64,000 bases of DNA from Eledone cirrhosa (Eukaryota). The notes below the pieces were generated by a model, which saw nothing but the letters and a program-made list of their open reading frames with translations, made no database searches and was not told the origin of the DNA. The position numbers and the translations under genes are program-made. This document shows, one piece after another, positions 1-13,154 of the stretch (positions within the stretch are counted from its first letter, which is position 1; every line of letters begins with the position of its first letter). The stretch covers positions 270,196,001-270,260,000 of the forward strand of contig OZ024743.1 of assembly GCA_964016885.1 (NCBI GenBank), given 5' to 3'.

Positions 1-2949
1 AGGTGGTGTTGATGTTAGTGGTGTTGGTAGTAGTGTTTGAGGTGGTGTTGATGTTAGTGGTGTTGGTAGTAGTGTTTGAGGTGGTGTTGATGTTAGTGGT
101 GTTGGTAGTAGTGTTTGAGGTGGTGTTGATGTTAGTGGTGTTGGTAGTAGTGTTTGAGGTGGTGTTGATGCTAGAGGTGTTGGTAGTAGTGTTTGAGGTG
201 GTGTTGATGTTAGTGGTGTTGGTAGTAGTGTTTGAGGTGGTGTTGATGTTAGTGGTGTTGGTAGTAGTGTTTGAGGTGGTGTTGATGTTAGAGGTGTTGG
301 TAGTAGTGTTTGAGGTGGTGTTAACGTTAGTGGTGTTGGTAGTAGTATTTGAGGTGGTGTTGATGTTAGTGGTGTTGGTAGTAGTGTTTGACGTGGTGTT
401 GTTGTTAGTGGTGTTGGTAGTAGTGTCTGAGGTGGTGTTGATGTTAGTGGTGTTGGTAGTAGTGTTTGAGGTGGTGTTGATGTTAGTGGTGTTGGTAGTA
501 GTGTTTGACGTGGTGTTGTTGTTAGTGGTGTTGGTAGTAGTGTCTGAGGTGGTGTTGATGTTAGTGGTGTTGGTAGTAGTGTTTGAGGTGGTGTTGATGT
601 TAGTGGTGTTGGTAGTAGTGTTTGACGTGGTGTTGATGTTAGTGGTGTTGGTAGTAGTGTTTGACGTGGTGTTGTTGTTAGTGGTGTTGGTAGTAGTGTC
701 TGAGGTGGTGTTGATGTTAGTGGTGTTGGTAGTAGTGTTTGAGGTGCTGTTGATGTTAGTGGTGTTGGTAGTAGTGTTTGAGGTGGTGTTGACCTTAGTG
801 GTGTTGGTAGTAGTGTTTGAGGTGGTGTTGACGTTAGTGGTGTTGGTAGTAGTGTTTGAGGTGGTGTTGATGTTAGTGATGTTGGTAGTAGTGTTTGAGG
901 TGGTGTTGATGTTAGCGGTGTTGGTAGTAGTGTTTGAGGTGGTGTTGATGTTAGTGGTGTTGGTAGTAGTGTTTGAGGTGGTGTTGATGTTAGTGGTGTT
1001 GTTAGTAGTGTTTGGGGTGGTGTTGATGTTAGTGGTGTTGGCAGTAGTGTTTGAGGTGGTGTTGATGTTAGCGGTGTTGGTAGTAGTGTTTGAGGTGGTG
1101 TTGATGTTAGTGGTGTTGGTAGTAGTGTTTGAGGTGGTGTTGATGTTAGTGGTGTTGGCAGTAGTGTTTGAGGTGGTGTTGATGTTAGCGGTGTTGGTAG
1201 TAGTGTTTGAGGTGGTGTTGATGTTAGCGGTGTTGGTAGTAGTGTTTGAGGTGGTGTTGATGTTAGTGGTGTTGGTAGTAGTGTTTGAGCTGGTGTTGAT
1301 GTTAGTGGTGTTGGTAGTAGTGTTTGAGGAGGTGTTGATGTTAGTGGTCTTGGTAGTAGTGTTTGAGGTGGTGGTGGTGTTAGAGGTGTTGGTAGTAGTC
1401 TTGGAGGTGGTGTTGATGTTAGTGGCGTTGGTAGTAGTGTTTGACGTGGTGTTGATGTTATTGGTGTTGGTAGTAGTGTTTGAGGTGGTGTTGATGTTAG
1501 TAGTGTTGGTAGTAGTGTTTGAGGTGGTGTTGATGTTAGTGGTGTTGGTAGTAGTGTTTGAGGTGGTGTTGATGTTAGTGGTGTTGGTAGTAGTGTTTGA
1601 CGTGGTGTTGATGTTAGTGATGTTGGTAGTAGTGTTTGAGGTGTTGTTGATGTTAGTGGTGTTGGTAGTAGTGTTTGAGGTGGTGTTGATGTTAGTGGTG
1701 TTGGTAGTAGTGTTTGAGGCGGTGTTGATGTTAGTGGTGTTGGTAGTAGTGTTTGAGGTGGTGTTGATGTTAGTGGTGTTGGTAGTAGTGTTTGAGGTGG
1801 TGTTGACCTTAGTGGTGTTGGTAGTAGTGTTTGAGGTGGTGTTGATGTTAGCGGTGTTGGTAGTAGTGTTTGAGGTGGTGTTGATGTTAGTGGTGTTGGT
1901 AGTAGTGTTTGAGGTGGTGTTGATGTTAGTGGTGTTGGTAGTAGTGTTTGAGGTGGTGTTGATGTTAGTGGTGTTGGTAGTAGTGTTTGAGGTGGTGTTG
2001 ATGTTAGTGGTGTTGTTAGTAGTGTTTGAGGTGGTGTTGATGTTAGTGGTGTTGGTAGTAGTGTTTGAGGTGGTGTTGATGTTAGTGGTGTTGTTAGTAG
2101 TGTTTGAGGTGGTGTTGATGTTAGTGGTGTTGGTAGTAGTGTTTGAGGTGGTGTTGATGTTAGTGGTGTTGGTAGTAGTGTTTGAGGTGGTGTTGATGTT
2201 AGTGGTGTTGTTAGTAGTGTTTGAGGTGGTGTTGATGTTAGTGGTGTTGGTAGTAGTGTTTGAGGTGGTGTTGATGTTAGTGGTGTTGTTAGTAGTGTTT
2301 GAGGTGGTGTTGATGTTAGTGGTGTTGGTAGTAGTGTTTGAGGTGGTGTTGATGTTAGTGGTGTTGGTAGTAGTGTTTGAGGTGGTGTTGATGTTAGTGG
2401 TGTTGGTAGTAGTGTTTGAGGTGGTGTTGATGTTAGTGGTGTTGGTAGTAGTGTTTGAGGTGGTGTTGATGTTAGTGGTGTTGGTAGTAGTGTTTGAGGT
2501 GGTGTTGATGTTAGCGGTGTTGGTAGTAGTGTTTGAGGTGGTGTTGATGTTAGCGGTGTTGGTAGTAGTGTTTGAGGTGGTGTTGATGTAAGTGGTGTTG
2601 GTAGTAGTGTTTGAGGTGGTGGTGGTGTTAGTGGTGTTGGTAGTAGTGTTTGAGGTGGTGTTGATGTTAGCGGTGTTGGTAGTAGTGTTTGTGGTGGTGT
2701 TGATGTTAGCGGTGTTGGTAGTAGTCTTGGAGGTGGTGTTGATGTTAGTGGCGTTGGTAGTAGTGTTTGACGTGGTGTTGATGTTATTGGTGTTGGTAGT
2801 AGTGTTTGAGGTGGTGTTGATGTTAGTGGTGTTGGTAGTAGTGTTTGAGGTGGTGTTGATGTTAGTGGTGTTGGTAGTAGTGTTTGAGGTGGTGTTGATG
2901 TTAGTGGTGTTGGTAGTAGTGTTTGACGTGGTGTTGATGTTAGTGGTGT

Positions 2950-5900
2950 TGGTAGTAGTGTTTGAGGTGTTGTTGATGTTAGTGGTGTGGGTAGTAGTGT
3001 TTGAGGTGGTGTTGATGTTAGTGGTGTTGGTAGTAGTGTTTGAGGCGGTGTTGATGTTAGTGATGTTGGTAGTAGTGTTTGAGGTGGTGTTGATGTTAGC
3101 GGTGTTGGTAGTAGTGTTTGAGGTGGTGTTGATGTTAGTGGTGTTGGTAGTAGTGTTTGAGGTGGTGATGATGTTAGTGGTGTTGGTAGTAGTGTTTGAG
3201 GTGGTGTTGATGTTAGTGGTGTTGGTAGTAGTGTTTGAGGTGGTGTTGATGTTAGTGGTGTTGGTAGTAGTGTTTGAGGTGTTGTTGATGTTAGTGGTGT
3301 GGGTAGTAGTGTTTGAGGTGGTGTTGATGTTAGTGGTGTTGGTAGTAGTGTTTGAGGCGGTGTTGATGTTAGTGGTGTTGGTAGTAGTGTTTGAGGTGGT
3401 GTTGATGTTAGTGGTGTTGGTAGTAGTGTTTGAGGTGGTGTTGATGTTAGTGGTGTTGGGGGTAGTGTTTGAGGTGGTGTTGATGTTAGTGGTGTTGGTA
3501 GTAGTGTCTGAGGTGGTGTTGATGTTAGTGGTGTTGGTAGTAGTGTTTGACGTGGTGTTGATGTTAGTGGTGTTGGTAGTAGTCTTGGAGGTGGTGTTGA
3601 TGTTAGTGGTGTTGGTAGTAGTGTTTGACGTGGTGTTGATGTTAGTGGTGTTGGTAGTAGTCTTGGAGGTGGTGTTGATGTTAGTGGCGTTGGTAGTAGT
3701 GTTTGACGTGGTGTTGATGTTATTGGTGTTGGTAGTAGTGTTTGAGGTGGTGTTGATGTTAGTGGTGTTGGTAGTAGTGTTTGAGGTGGTGTTGATGTTA
3801 GTGGTGTTGGTAGTAGTGTTTGAGGTGGTGTTGATGTTAGTGGTGTTGGTAGTAGTGTTTGACGTGGTGTTGATGTTAGTGGTGTTGGTAGTAGTGTTTG
3901 AGGTGTTGTTGATGTTAGTGGTGTGGGTAGTAGTGTTTGAGGTGGTGTTGATGTTAGTGGTGTTGGTAGTAGTGTTTGAGGCGGTGTTGATGTTAGTGAT
4001 GTTGGTAGTAGTGTTTGAGGTGGTGTTGATGTTAGCGGTGTTGGTAGTAGTGTTTGAGGTGGTGTTGATGTTAGTGGTGTTGGTAGTAGTGTTTGAGGTG
4101 GTGTTGATGTTAGTGGTGTTGGTAGTAGTGTTTGAGGTGGTGTTGATGTTAGTGGTGTTGGTAGTAGTGTTTGAGGTGGTGTTGATGTTAGTGGTGTTGG
4201 GGGTAGTGTTTGAGGTGGTGTTGATGTTAGTGGTGTTGGTAGTAGTGTCTGAGGTGGTGTTGATGTTAGTGGTGTTGGTAGGAGTGTTTGAGGTGGTGTG
4301 ATGTTAGTGGTGTTGGTAGTAGTGTTTGAGGTGGTGTTGATGTTAGTGGTGTTGGTAGTAGTGTTTGAGGTGGTGTTGATGTTAGTGGTGTTGGTAGTAG
4401 TGTTTGAGGTGGTGTTGACCTTAGTGGTGTTGGTAGTAGTGTTTGAGGTGGTGTTGATGTTAGTGATGTTGGTAGTAGAGTTTGAGGTGGTGTTGATGTT
4501 AGTGGTGTTGGTAGTAGAGTTTGAGGAGGTGTTGATGTTAGTGGTGTTGGGAGTAGTGTTTCAGGTGGTGTTGATGTTAGTGGTGTTGGTAGTAGTGTTT
4601 GAGGTGGTGTTGATGCTAGAGGTGTTGGTAGTAGTGTTTGAGGTGGTGTTGATGTTAGTGGTGTTGGTAGTAGTGTTTGAGGTGGTGTTGATGTTAGTGG
4701 TGTTGGTAGTAGTGTTTAAGGTGGTGTTGATGTTAGAAGTGTTGGTAGTAGTGTTTGAGGTGGTGTTAACGTTAGTGGTGTTGGTAGTAGTGTTTGAGGT
4801 GGTGTTGATGTTAGTGGTGTTGGTAGTAGTGTTTGACGTGGTGTTGTTGTTAGTGGTGTTGGTAGTAGTGTCTGAGGTGGTGTTGATGTTAGTGGTGTTG
4901 GTAGTAGTGTTTGAGGTGGTGTTGATGTTAGTGGTGTTGGTAGTAGTGTTTGACTTGGTGTTGTTGTTAGTGGTGTTGGTAGTAGTGTCTGAGGTGGTGT
5001 TGATGTTAGTGGTGTTGGTAGTAGTGATTGAGGTGGTGTTGATGTTAGTGGTGTTGGTAGTAGTGTCTGAGGTGGTGTTGATGTTAGTGGTGTTGGTAGT
5101 AGTGTTTGACGTGGTTTTGATGTTAGTGGTGTTGGTAGTAGTGTTTGACGTGGTGTTGTTGTTAGTGGTGTTGGTAGTAGTGTCTGAGGTGGTGTTGATG
5201 TTAGTGGTGTTGGTAGTAGTGATTGAGGTGGTGTTGATGTTAGTGGTGTTGGTAGTAGTGTCTGAGGTGGTGTTGATGTTAGTGGTGTTGGTAGTAGTGT
5301 TTGACGTGGTTTTGATGTTAGTGGTGTTGGTAGTAGTGTTTGACTTGGTGTTGTTGTTAGTGGTGTTGGTAGTAGTGTCTGAGGTGGTGTTGATGTTAGT
5401 GGTGTTGGTAGTAGTGTCTGAGGTGGTGTTGATGTTAGTGGTGTTGGTAGTAGTGTCTGAGGTGGTGTTGATGTTAGTGGTGTTGGTAGTAGTGTTTGAC
5501 GTGGTTTTGATGTTAGTGGTGTTGGTAGTAGTGTTTGACGTGGTGTTGTTGTTAGTGGTGTTGGTAGTAGTGTCTGAGGTGGTGTTGATGTTAGTGGTGT
5601 TGGTAGTAGTGTTTGAGGTGCTGTTGATGTTAGTGGTGTTGGTAGTAGTGTTTGAGGTGGTGTTGACGTTAGTGGTGTTGGTAGTAGTGTTTGAGGTGGT
5701 GTTGATGTTAGTGATGTTGGTAGTAGTGTTTGAGGTGGTGTTGATGTTAGCGGTGTTGGTAGTAGTGTTTGAGGTGGTGTTGATGTTAGTGGTGTTGGTA
5801 GTAGTGTTTGAGGTTGTGTTGATGTTAGTGGTGTTGGTAGTAGTGTTTGAGGTGGTATTGATGTTAGTGGTGTTGGTAGTAGTGTTTGAGGTGGTGTTGA

Positions 5901-8900
5901 TGTTAGTGGTGTTGGTAGTAGTGTTTGAGGTGGTGTTGATGTTAGTGGTGTTGGTAGTAGTGTTTGAGGTGGTGTTGATGTTAGCGGTGTTGGTAGTAGT
6001 GTTTGAGGTGGTGTTGATGTTAGCGGTGTTGGTAGTAGTGTTTGAGGTGGTGTTGATGTAAGTGGTGTTGGTAGTAGTGTTTGATGTGGTGGTGGTGTTA
6101 GTGGTGTTGGTAGTAGTGTTTGAGGTGGTGTTGATGTTAGCGGTGTTGGTAGTAGTGTTTGTGGTGGTGTTGATGTTAGCGGTGTTGGTAGTAGTGTTTG
6201 AGGTGGTGTTGATGTTAGTGGTGTTGGTAGTAGTGTTTGAGGTGGTGTTGATGTTAGTGGTGTTGGTAGTAGTGTTTGAGGAGGTGTTGATGTTAGTGGT
6301 GTTGGGTGTAGTGTTTGAGGTGGTGTTGATGTTAGCGGTGTTGGTAGTAGTGTTTGAGGTGGTGTTGATGTTAGTGGTCTTGGTAGTAGTGTTTGAGGTG
6401 GTGGTGGTGTTAGAGGTGTTGGTAGTAGTCTTGGAGGTGGTGTTGATGTTAGTGGCGTTGGTAGTAGTGTTTGACGTGGTGTTGATGTTATTGGTGTTGG
6501 TAGTAGTGTTTGAGGTGGTGTTGATGTTAGTGGTGTTGGTAGTAGTGTTTGAGGTGGTGTTGGTAGTAGTGTTTGAGGTGGTGTTGATGTTAGTCGTGTG
6601 GGTAGTAGTGTTTGAGGTGGTGTTGATGTTAGTGGTGTTGGTAGTAGTGTTTGAGGCGGTGTTGATGTTAGTGATGTTGGTAGTAGTGTTTGAGGTGGTG
6701 TTGATGTTAGTGGTGTTGGGGGTAGTGTTTGACGTGGTGTTGATGTTAGTGGTGTTGGTAGTAGTGTTTGAGGTGTTGTTGATGTTAGTCGTGTGGGTAG
6801 TAGTGTTTGAGGTGGTGTTGATGTTAGTGGTGTTGGTAGTAGTGTTTGACGTGGTGTTGATGTTAGTGGTGTTGGTAGTAGTGTTTGAGGTGTTGTTGAT
6901 GTTAGTCGTGTGGGTAGTAGTGTTTGAGGTGGTGTTGATGTTAGTGGTGTTGGTAGTAGTGTTTGAGGCGGTGTTGATGTTAGTGATGTTGGTAGTAGTG
7001 TTTGAGGTGGTGTTGATGTTAGCGGTGTTGGTAGTAGTGTTTGAGGTGGTGTTGATGTTAGTGGTGTTGGTAGTAGTGTTTGAGGTGGTGTTGATGTTAG
7101 TGTTTGAGGTGGTGTTGATGTTAGTGGTGTTGGTAGTAGTGTTTGAGGTGGTGTTGATGTTAGTGGTGTTGGGGGTAGTGTTTGAGGTGGTGTTGATGTT
7201 AGTGGTGTTGGTAGTAGTGTCTGAGGTGGTGTTGATGTTAGTGGTGTTGGTAGGAGTGTTTGAGGTGGTGTGATGTTAGTGGTGTTGGTAGTAGTGTTTG
7301 AGGTGGTGTTGATGTTAGTGGTGTTGGTAGTAGTGTTTGAGGTGGTGTTGATGTTAGTGGTGTTGGTAGTAGTGTTTGAGGTTGTGTTGACCTTAGTGGT
7401 GTTGGTAGTAGTGTTTGAGGTGGTGTTGATGTTAGTGGTGTTGGTAGTAGTGTTTGAGGTTGTGTTGACCTTAGTGGTGTTGGTAGTAGTGTTTGAGGTG
7501 GTGTTGATGTTAGTGGTGTTGGTAGTAGAGTTTGAGGTGGTGTTGATGTTAGTGGTGTTGGTAGTAGAGTTTGAGGAGGTGTTGATGTTAGTGGTGTTGG
7601 TAGTAGTGTTTCAGGTGGTGTTGATGTTAGTGGTGTTGGTAGTAGTGTTTGAGGTGGTGTTGATGCTAGAGGTGTTGGTAGTAGTGTTTGAGGTGGTGTT
7701 GATGTTAGTGGTGTTGGTAGTAGTGTTTGAGGTGGTGTTGATGTTAGTGGTGTTGGTAGTAGTGTTTGAGGTGGTGTTGATGTTAGAGGTGTTGGTAGTA
7801 GTGTTTGAGGTGGTGTTAACGTTAGTGGTGTTGGTAGTAGTATTTGAGGTGGTGTTGATGTTAGTGGTGTTGGTAGTAGTGTTTGACGTGGTGTTGTTGT
7901 TAGTGGTGTTGGTAGTAGTGTCTGAGGTGGTGTTGATGTTAGTGGTGTTGGTAGTAGTGTTTGAGGTGGTGTTGATGTTAGTGGTGTTGGTAGTAGTGTT
8001 TGACGTGGTGTTGTTGTTAGTGGTGTTGGTAGTAGTGTTTGAGGTGTTGTTGATGTTAGTGGTGTGGGTAGTAGTGTTTGAGGTGTTGTTGATGTTAGTG
8101 GTGTGGGTAGTAGTGTTTGAGGTGGTGTTGATGTTAGTGGTGTTGGTAGTAGTGTTTGAGGCGGTGTTGATGTTAGTGATGTTGGTAGTAGTGTTTGAGG
8201 TGGTGTTGATGTTAGCGGTGTTGGTAGTAGTGTTTGAGGTGGTGTTGATGTTAGTGGTGTTGGTAGTAGTGTTTGAGGTGGTGATGATGTTAGTGGTGTT
8301 GGTAGTAGTGTTTGAGGTGGTGTTGATGTTAGTGGTGTTGGTAGTAGTGTTTGAGGTGGTGTTGATGTTAGTGGTGTTGGTAGTAGTGTTTGAGGTGTTG
8401 TTGATGTTAGTGGTGTGGGTAGTAGTGTTTGAGGTGGTGTTGATGTTAGTGGTGTTGGTAGTAGTGTTTGAGGCGGTGTTGATGTTAGTGGTGTTGGTAG
8501 TAGTGTTTGAGGTGGTGTTGATGTTAGTGGTGTTGGTAGTAGTGTTTGAGGTGGTGTTGATGTTAGTGGTGTTGGGGGTAGTGTTTGAGGTGGTGTTGAT
8601 GTTAGTGGTGTTGGTAGTAGTGTCTGAGGTGGTGTTGATGTTAGTGGTGTTGGTAGTAGTGTTTGACGTGGTGTTGATGTTAGTGGTGTTGGTAGTAGTC
8701 TTGGAGGTGGTGTTGATGTTAGTGGTGTTGGTAGTAGTGTTTGACGTGGTGTTGATGTTAGTGGTGTTGGTAGTAGTCTTGGAGGTGGTGTTGATGTTAG
8801 TGGCGTTGGTAGTAGTGTTTGACGTGGTGTTGATGTTATTGGTGTTGGTAGTAGTGTTTGAGGTGGTGTTGATGTTAGTGGTGTTGGTAGTAGTGTTTGA

Positions 8901-11900
8901 GGTGGTGTTGATGTTAGTGGTGTTGGTAGTAGTGTTTGAGGTGGTGTTGATGTTAGTGGTGTTGGTAGTAGTGTTTGACGTGGTGTTGATGTTAGTGGTG
9001 TTGGTAGTAGTGTTTGAGGTGTTGTTGATGTTAGTGGTGTGGGTAGTAGTGTTTGAGGTGGTGTTGATGTTAGTGGTGTTGGTAGTAGTGTTTGAGGCGG
9101 TGTTGATGTTAGTGATGTTGGTAGTAGTGTTTGAGGTGGTGTTGATGTTAGCGGTGTTGGTAGTAGTGTTTGAGGTGGTGTTGATGTTAGTGGTGTTGGT
9201 AGTAGTGTTTGAGGTGGTGTTGATGTTAGTGGTGTTGGTAGTAGTGTTTGAGGTGGTGTTGATGTTAGTGGTGTTGGTAGTAGTGTTTGAGGTGGTGTTG
9301 ATGTTAGTGGTGTTGGGGGTAGTGTTTGAGGTGGTGTTGATGTTAGTGGTGTTGGTAGTAGTGTCTGAGGTGGTGTTGATGTTAGTGGTGTTGGTAGGAG
9401 TGTTTGAGGTGGTGTGATGTTAGTGGTGTTGGTAGTAGTGTTTGAGGTGGTGTTGATGTTAGTGGTGTTGGTAGTAGTGTTTGAGGTGGTGTTGATGTTA
9501 GTGGTGTTGGTAGTAGTGTTTGAGGTGGTGTTGACCTTAGTGGTGTTGGTAGTAGTGTTTGAGGTGGTGTTGATGTTAGTGATGTTGGTAGTAGAGTTTG
9601 AGGTGGTGTTGATGTTAGTGGTGTTGGTAGTAGAGTTTGAGGAGGTGTTGATGTTAGTGGTGTTGGGAGTAGTGTTTCAGGTGGTGTTGATGTTAGTGGT
9701 GTTGGTAGTAGTGTTTGAGGTGGTGTTGATGCTAGAGGTGTTGGTAGTAGTGTTTGAGGTGGTGTTGATGTTAGTGGTGTTGGTAGTAGTGTTTGAGGTG
9801 GTGTTGATGTTAGTGGTGTTGGTAGTAGTGTTTAAGGTGGTGTTGATGTTAGAAGTGTTGGTAGTAGTGTTTGAGGTGGTGTTAACGTTAGTGGTGTTGG
9901 TAGTAGTGTTTGAGGTGGTGTTGATGTTAGTGGTGTTGGTAGTAGTGTTTGACGTGGTGTTGTTGTTAGTGGTGTTGGTAGTAGTGTCTGAGGTGGTGTT
10001 GATGTTAGTGGTGTTGGTAGTAGTGTTTGAGGTGGTGTTGATGTTAGTGGTGTTGGTAGTAGTGTTTGACTTGGTGTTGTTGTTAGTGGTGTTGGTAGTA
10101 GTGTCTGAGGTGGTGTTGATGTTAGTGGTGTTGGTAGTAGTGATTGAGGTGGTGTTGATGTTAGTGGTGTTGGTAGTAGTGTCTGAGGTGGTGTTGATGT
10201 TAGTGGTGTTGGTAGTAGTGTTTGACGTGGTTTTGATGTTAGTGGTGTTGGTAGTAGTGTTTGACGTGGTGTTGTTGTTAGTGGTGTTGGTAGTAGTGTC
10301 TGAGGTGGTGTTGATGTTAGTGGTGTTGGTAGTAGTGATTGAGGTGGTGTTGATGTTAGTGGTGTTGGTAGTAGTGTCTGAGGTGGTGTTGATGTTAGTG
10401 GTGTTGGTAGTAGTGTTTGACGTGGTTTTGATGTTAGTGGTGTTGGTAGTAGTGTTTGACTTGGTGTTGTTGTTAGTGGTGTTGGTAGTAGTGTCTGAGG
10501 TGGTGTTGATGTTAGTGGTGTTGGTAGTAGTGTCTGAGGTGGTGTTGATGTTAGTGGTGTTGGTAGTAGTGTCTGAGGTGGTGTTGATGTTAGTGGTGTT
10601 GGTAGTAGTGTTTGACGTGGTTTTGATGTTAGTGGTGTTGGTAGTAGTGTTTGACGTGGTGTTGTTGTTAGTGGTGTTGGTAGTAGTGTCTGAGGTGGTG
10701 TTGATGTTAGTGGTGTTGGTAGTAGTGTTTGAGGTGCTGTTGATGTTAGTGGTGTTGGTAGTAGTGTTTGAGGTGGTGTTGACGTTAGTGGTGTTGGTAG
10801 TAGTGTTTGAGGTGGTGTTGATGTTAGTGATGTTGGTAGTAGTGTTTGAGGTGGTGTTGATGTTAGCGGTGTTGGTAGTAGTGTTTGAGGTGGTGTTGAT
10901 GTTAGTGGTGTTGGTAGTAGTGTTTGAGGTTGTGTTGATGTTAGTGGTGTTGGTAGTAGTGTTTGAGGTGGTATTGATGTTAGTGGTGTTGGTAGTAGTG
11001 TTTGAGGTGGTGTTGATGTTAGTGGTGTTGGTAGTAGTGTTTGAGGTGGTGTTGATGTTAGTGGTGTTGGTAGTAGTGTTTGAGGTGGTGTTGATGTTAG
11101 CGGTGTTGGTAGTAGTGTTTGAGGTGGTGTTGATGTTAGCGGTGTTGGTAGTAGTGTTTGAGGTGGTGTTGATGTAAGTGGTGTTGGTAGTAGTGTTTGA
11201 TGTGGTGGTGGTGTTAGTGGTGTTGGTAGTAGTGTTTGAGGTGGTGTTGATGTTAGCGGTGTTGGTAGTAGTGTTTGTGGTGGTGTTGATGTTAGCGGTG
11301 TTGGTAGTAGTGTTTGAGGTGGTGTTGATGTTAGTGGTGTTGGTAGTAGTGTTTGAGGTGGTGTTGATGTTAGTGGTGTTGGTAGTAGTGTTTGAGGAGG
11401 TGTTGATGTTAGTGGTGTTGGGTGTAGTGTTTGAGGTGGTGTTGATGTTAGCGGTGTTGGTAGTAGTGTTTGAGGTGGTGTTGATGTTAGTGGTCTTGGT
11501 AGTAGTGTTTGAGGTGGTGGTGGTGTTAGAGGTGTTGGTAGTAGTCTTGGAGGTGGTGTTGATGTTAGTGGCGTTGGTAGTAGTGTTTGACGTGGTGTTG
11601 ATGTTATTGGTGTTGGTAGTAGTGTTTGAGGTGGTGTTGATGTTAGTGGTGTTGGTAGTAGTGTTTGAGGTGGTGTTGGTAGTAGTGTTTGAGGTGGTGT
11701 TGATGTTAGTCGTGTGGGTAGTAGTGTTTGAGGTGGTGTTGATGTTAGTGGTGTTGGTAGTAGTGTTTGAGGCGGTGTTGATGTTAGTGATGTTGGTAGT
11801 AGTGTTTGAGGTGGTGTTGATGTTAGTGGTGTTGGGGGTAGTGTTTGACGTGGTGTTGATGTTAGTGGTGTTGGTAGTAGTGTTTGAGGTGTTGTTGATG

Positions 11901-13154
11901 TTAGTCGTGTGGGTAGTAGTGTTTGAGGTGGTGTTGATGTTAGTGGTGTTGGTAGTAGTGTTTGACGTGGTGTTGATGTTAGTGGTGTTGGTAGTAGTGT
12001 TTGAGGTGTTGTTGATGTTAGTCGTGTGGGTAGTAGTGTTTGAGGTGGTGTTGATGTTAGTGGTGTTGGTAGTAGTGTTTGAGGCGGTGTTGATGTTAGT
12101 GATGTTGGTAGTAGTGTTTGAGGTGGTGTTGATGTTAGCGGTGTTGGTAGTAGTGTTTGAGGTGGTGTTGATGTTAGTGGTGTTGGTAGTAGTGTTTGAG
12201 GTGGTGTTGATGTTAGTGTTTGAGGTGGTGTTGATGTTAGTGGTGTTGGTAGTAGTGTTTGAGGTGGTGTTGATGTTAGTGGTGTTGGGGGTAGTGTTTG
12301 AGGTGGTGTTGATGTTAGTGGTGTTGGTAGTAGTGTCTGAGGTGGTGTTGATGTTAGTGGTGTTGGTAGGAGTGTTTGAGGTGGTGTGATGTTAGTGGTG
12401 TTGGTAGTAGTGTTTGAGGTGGTGTTGATGTTAGTGGTGTTGGTAGTAGTGTTTGAGGTGGTGTTGATGTTAGTGGTGTTGGTAGTAGTGTTTGAGGTTG
12501 TGTTGACCTTAGTGGTGTTGGTAGTAGTGTTTGAGGTGGTGTTGATGTTAGTGGTGTTGGTAGTAGTGTTTGAGGTTGTGTTGACCTTAGTGGTGTTGGT
12601 AGTAGTGTTTGAGGTGGTGTTGATGTTAGTGGTGTTGGTAGTAGAGTTTGAGGTGGTGTTGATGTTAGTGGTGTTGGTAGTAGAGTTTGAGGAGGTGTTG
12701 ATGTTAGTGGTGTTGGTAGTAGTGTTTCAGGTGGTGTTGATGTTAGTGGTGTTGGTAGTAGTGTTTGAGGTGGTGTTGATGCTAGAGGTGTTGGTAGTAG
12801 TGTTTGAGGTGGTGTTGATGTTAGTGGTGTTGGTAGTAGTGTTTGAGGTGGTGTTGATGTTAGTGGTGTTGGTAGTAGTGTTTGAGGTGGTGTTGATGTT
12901 AGAGGTGTTGGTAGTAGTGTTTGAGGTGGTGTTAACGTTAGTGGTGTTGGTAGTAGTATTTGAGGTGGTGTTGATGTTAGTGGTGTTGGTAGTAGTGTTT
13001 GACGTGGTGTTGTTGTTAGTGGTGTTGGTAGTAGTGTCTGAGGTGGTGTTGATGTTAGTGGTGTTGGTAGTAGTGTTTGAGGTGGTGTTGATGTTAGTGG
13101 TGTTGGTAGTAGTGTTTGACGTGGTGTTGTTGTTAGTGGTGTTGGTAGTAGTGT
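2950..13154. repeat. Higher-order tandem duplication, period 5116 bp (copies about 2950-8038 and 8066-13154)
   Basis: Shadow ORFs pair with identical lengths and translations at a constant offset of 5116: 4298/9414, 6062/11178, 7270/12386. Rare variants (TCA at 4561/9677, the 24-bp units) repeat at the same offset. 5116 = 132x39 - 15 - 15 - 1 - 1. Confidence 0.93.

Noticed and set aside
1326-1340. Shine-Dalgarno-like AGGAGGTG just before TTG ATG in the GAGGAG variant units
   Set aside because: It is a single T-to-A change from consensus repeated many times, the spacing to ATG is short, and it leads only into the shadow Val/Leu frame.
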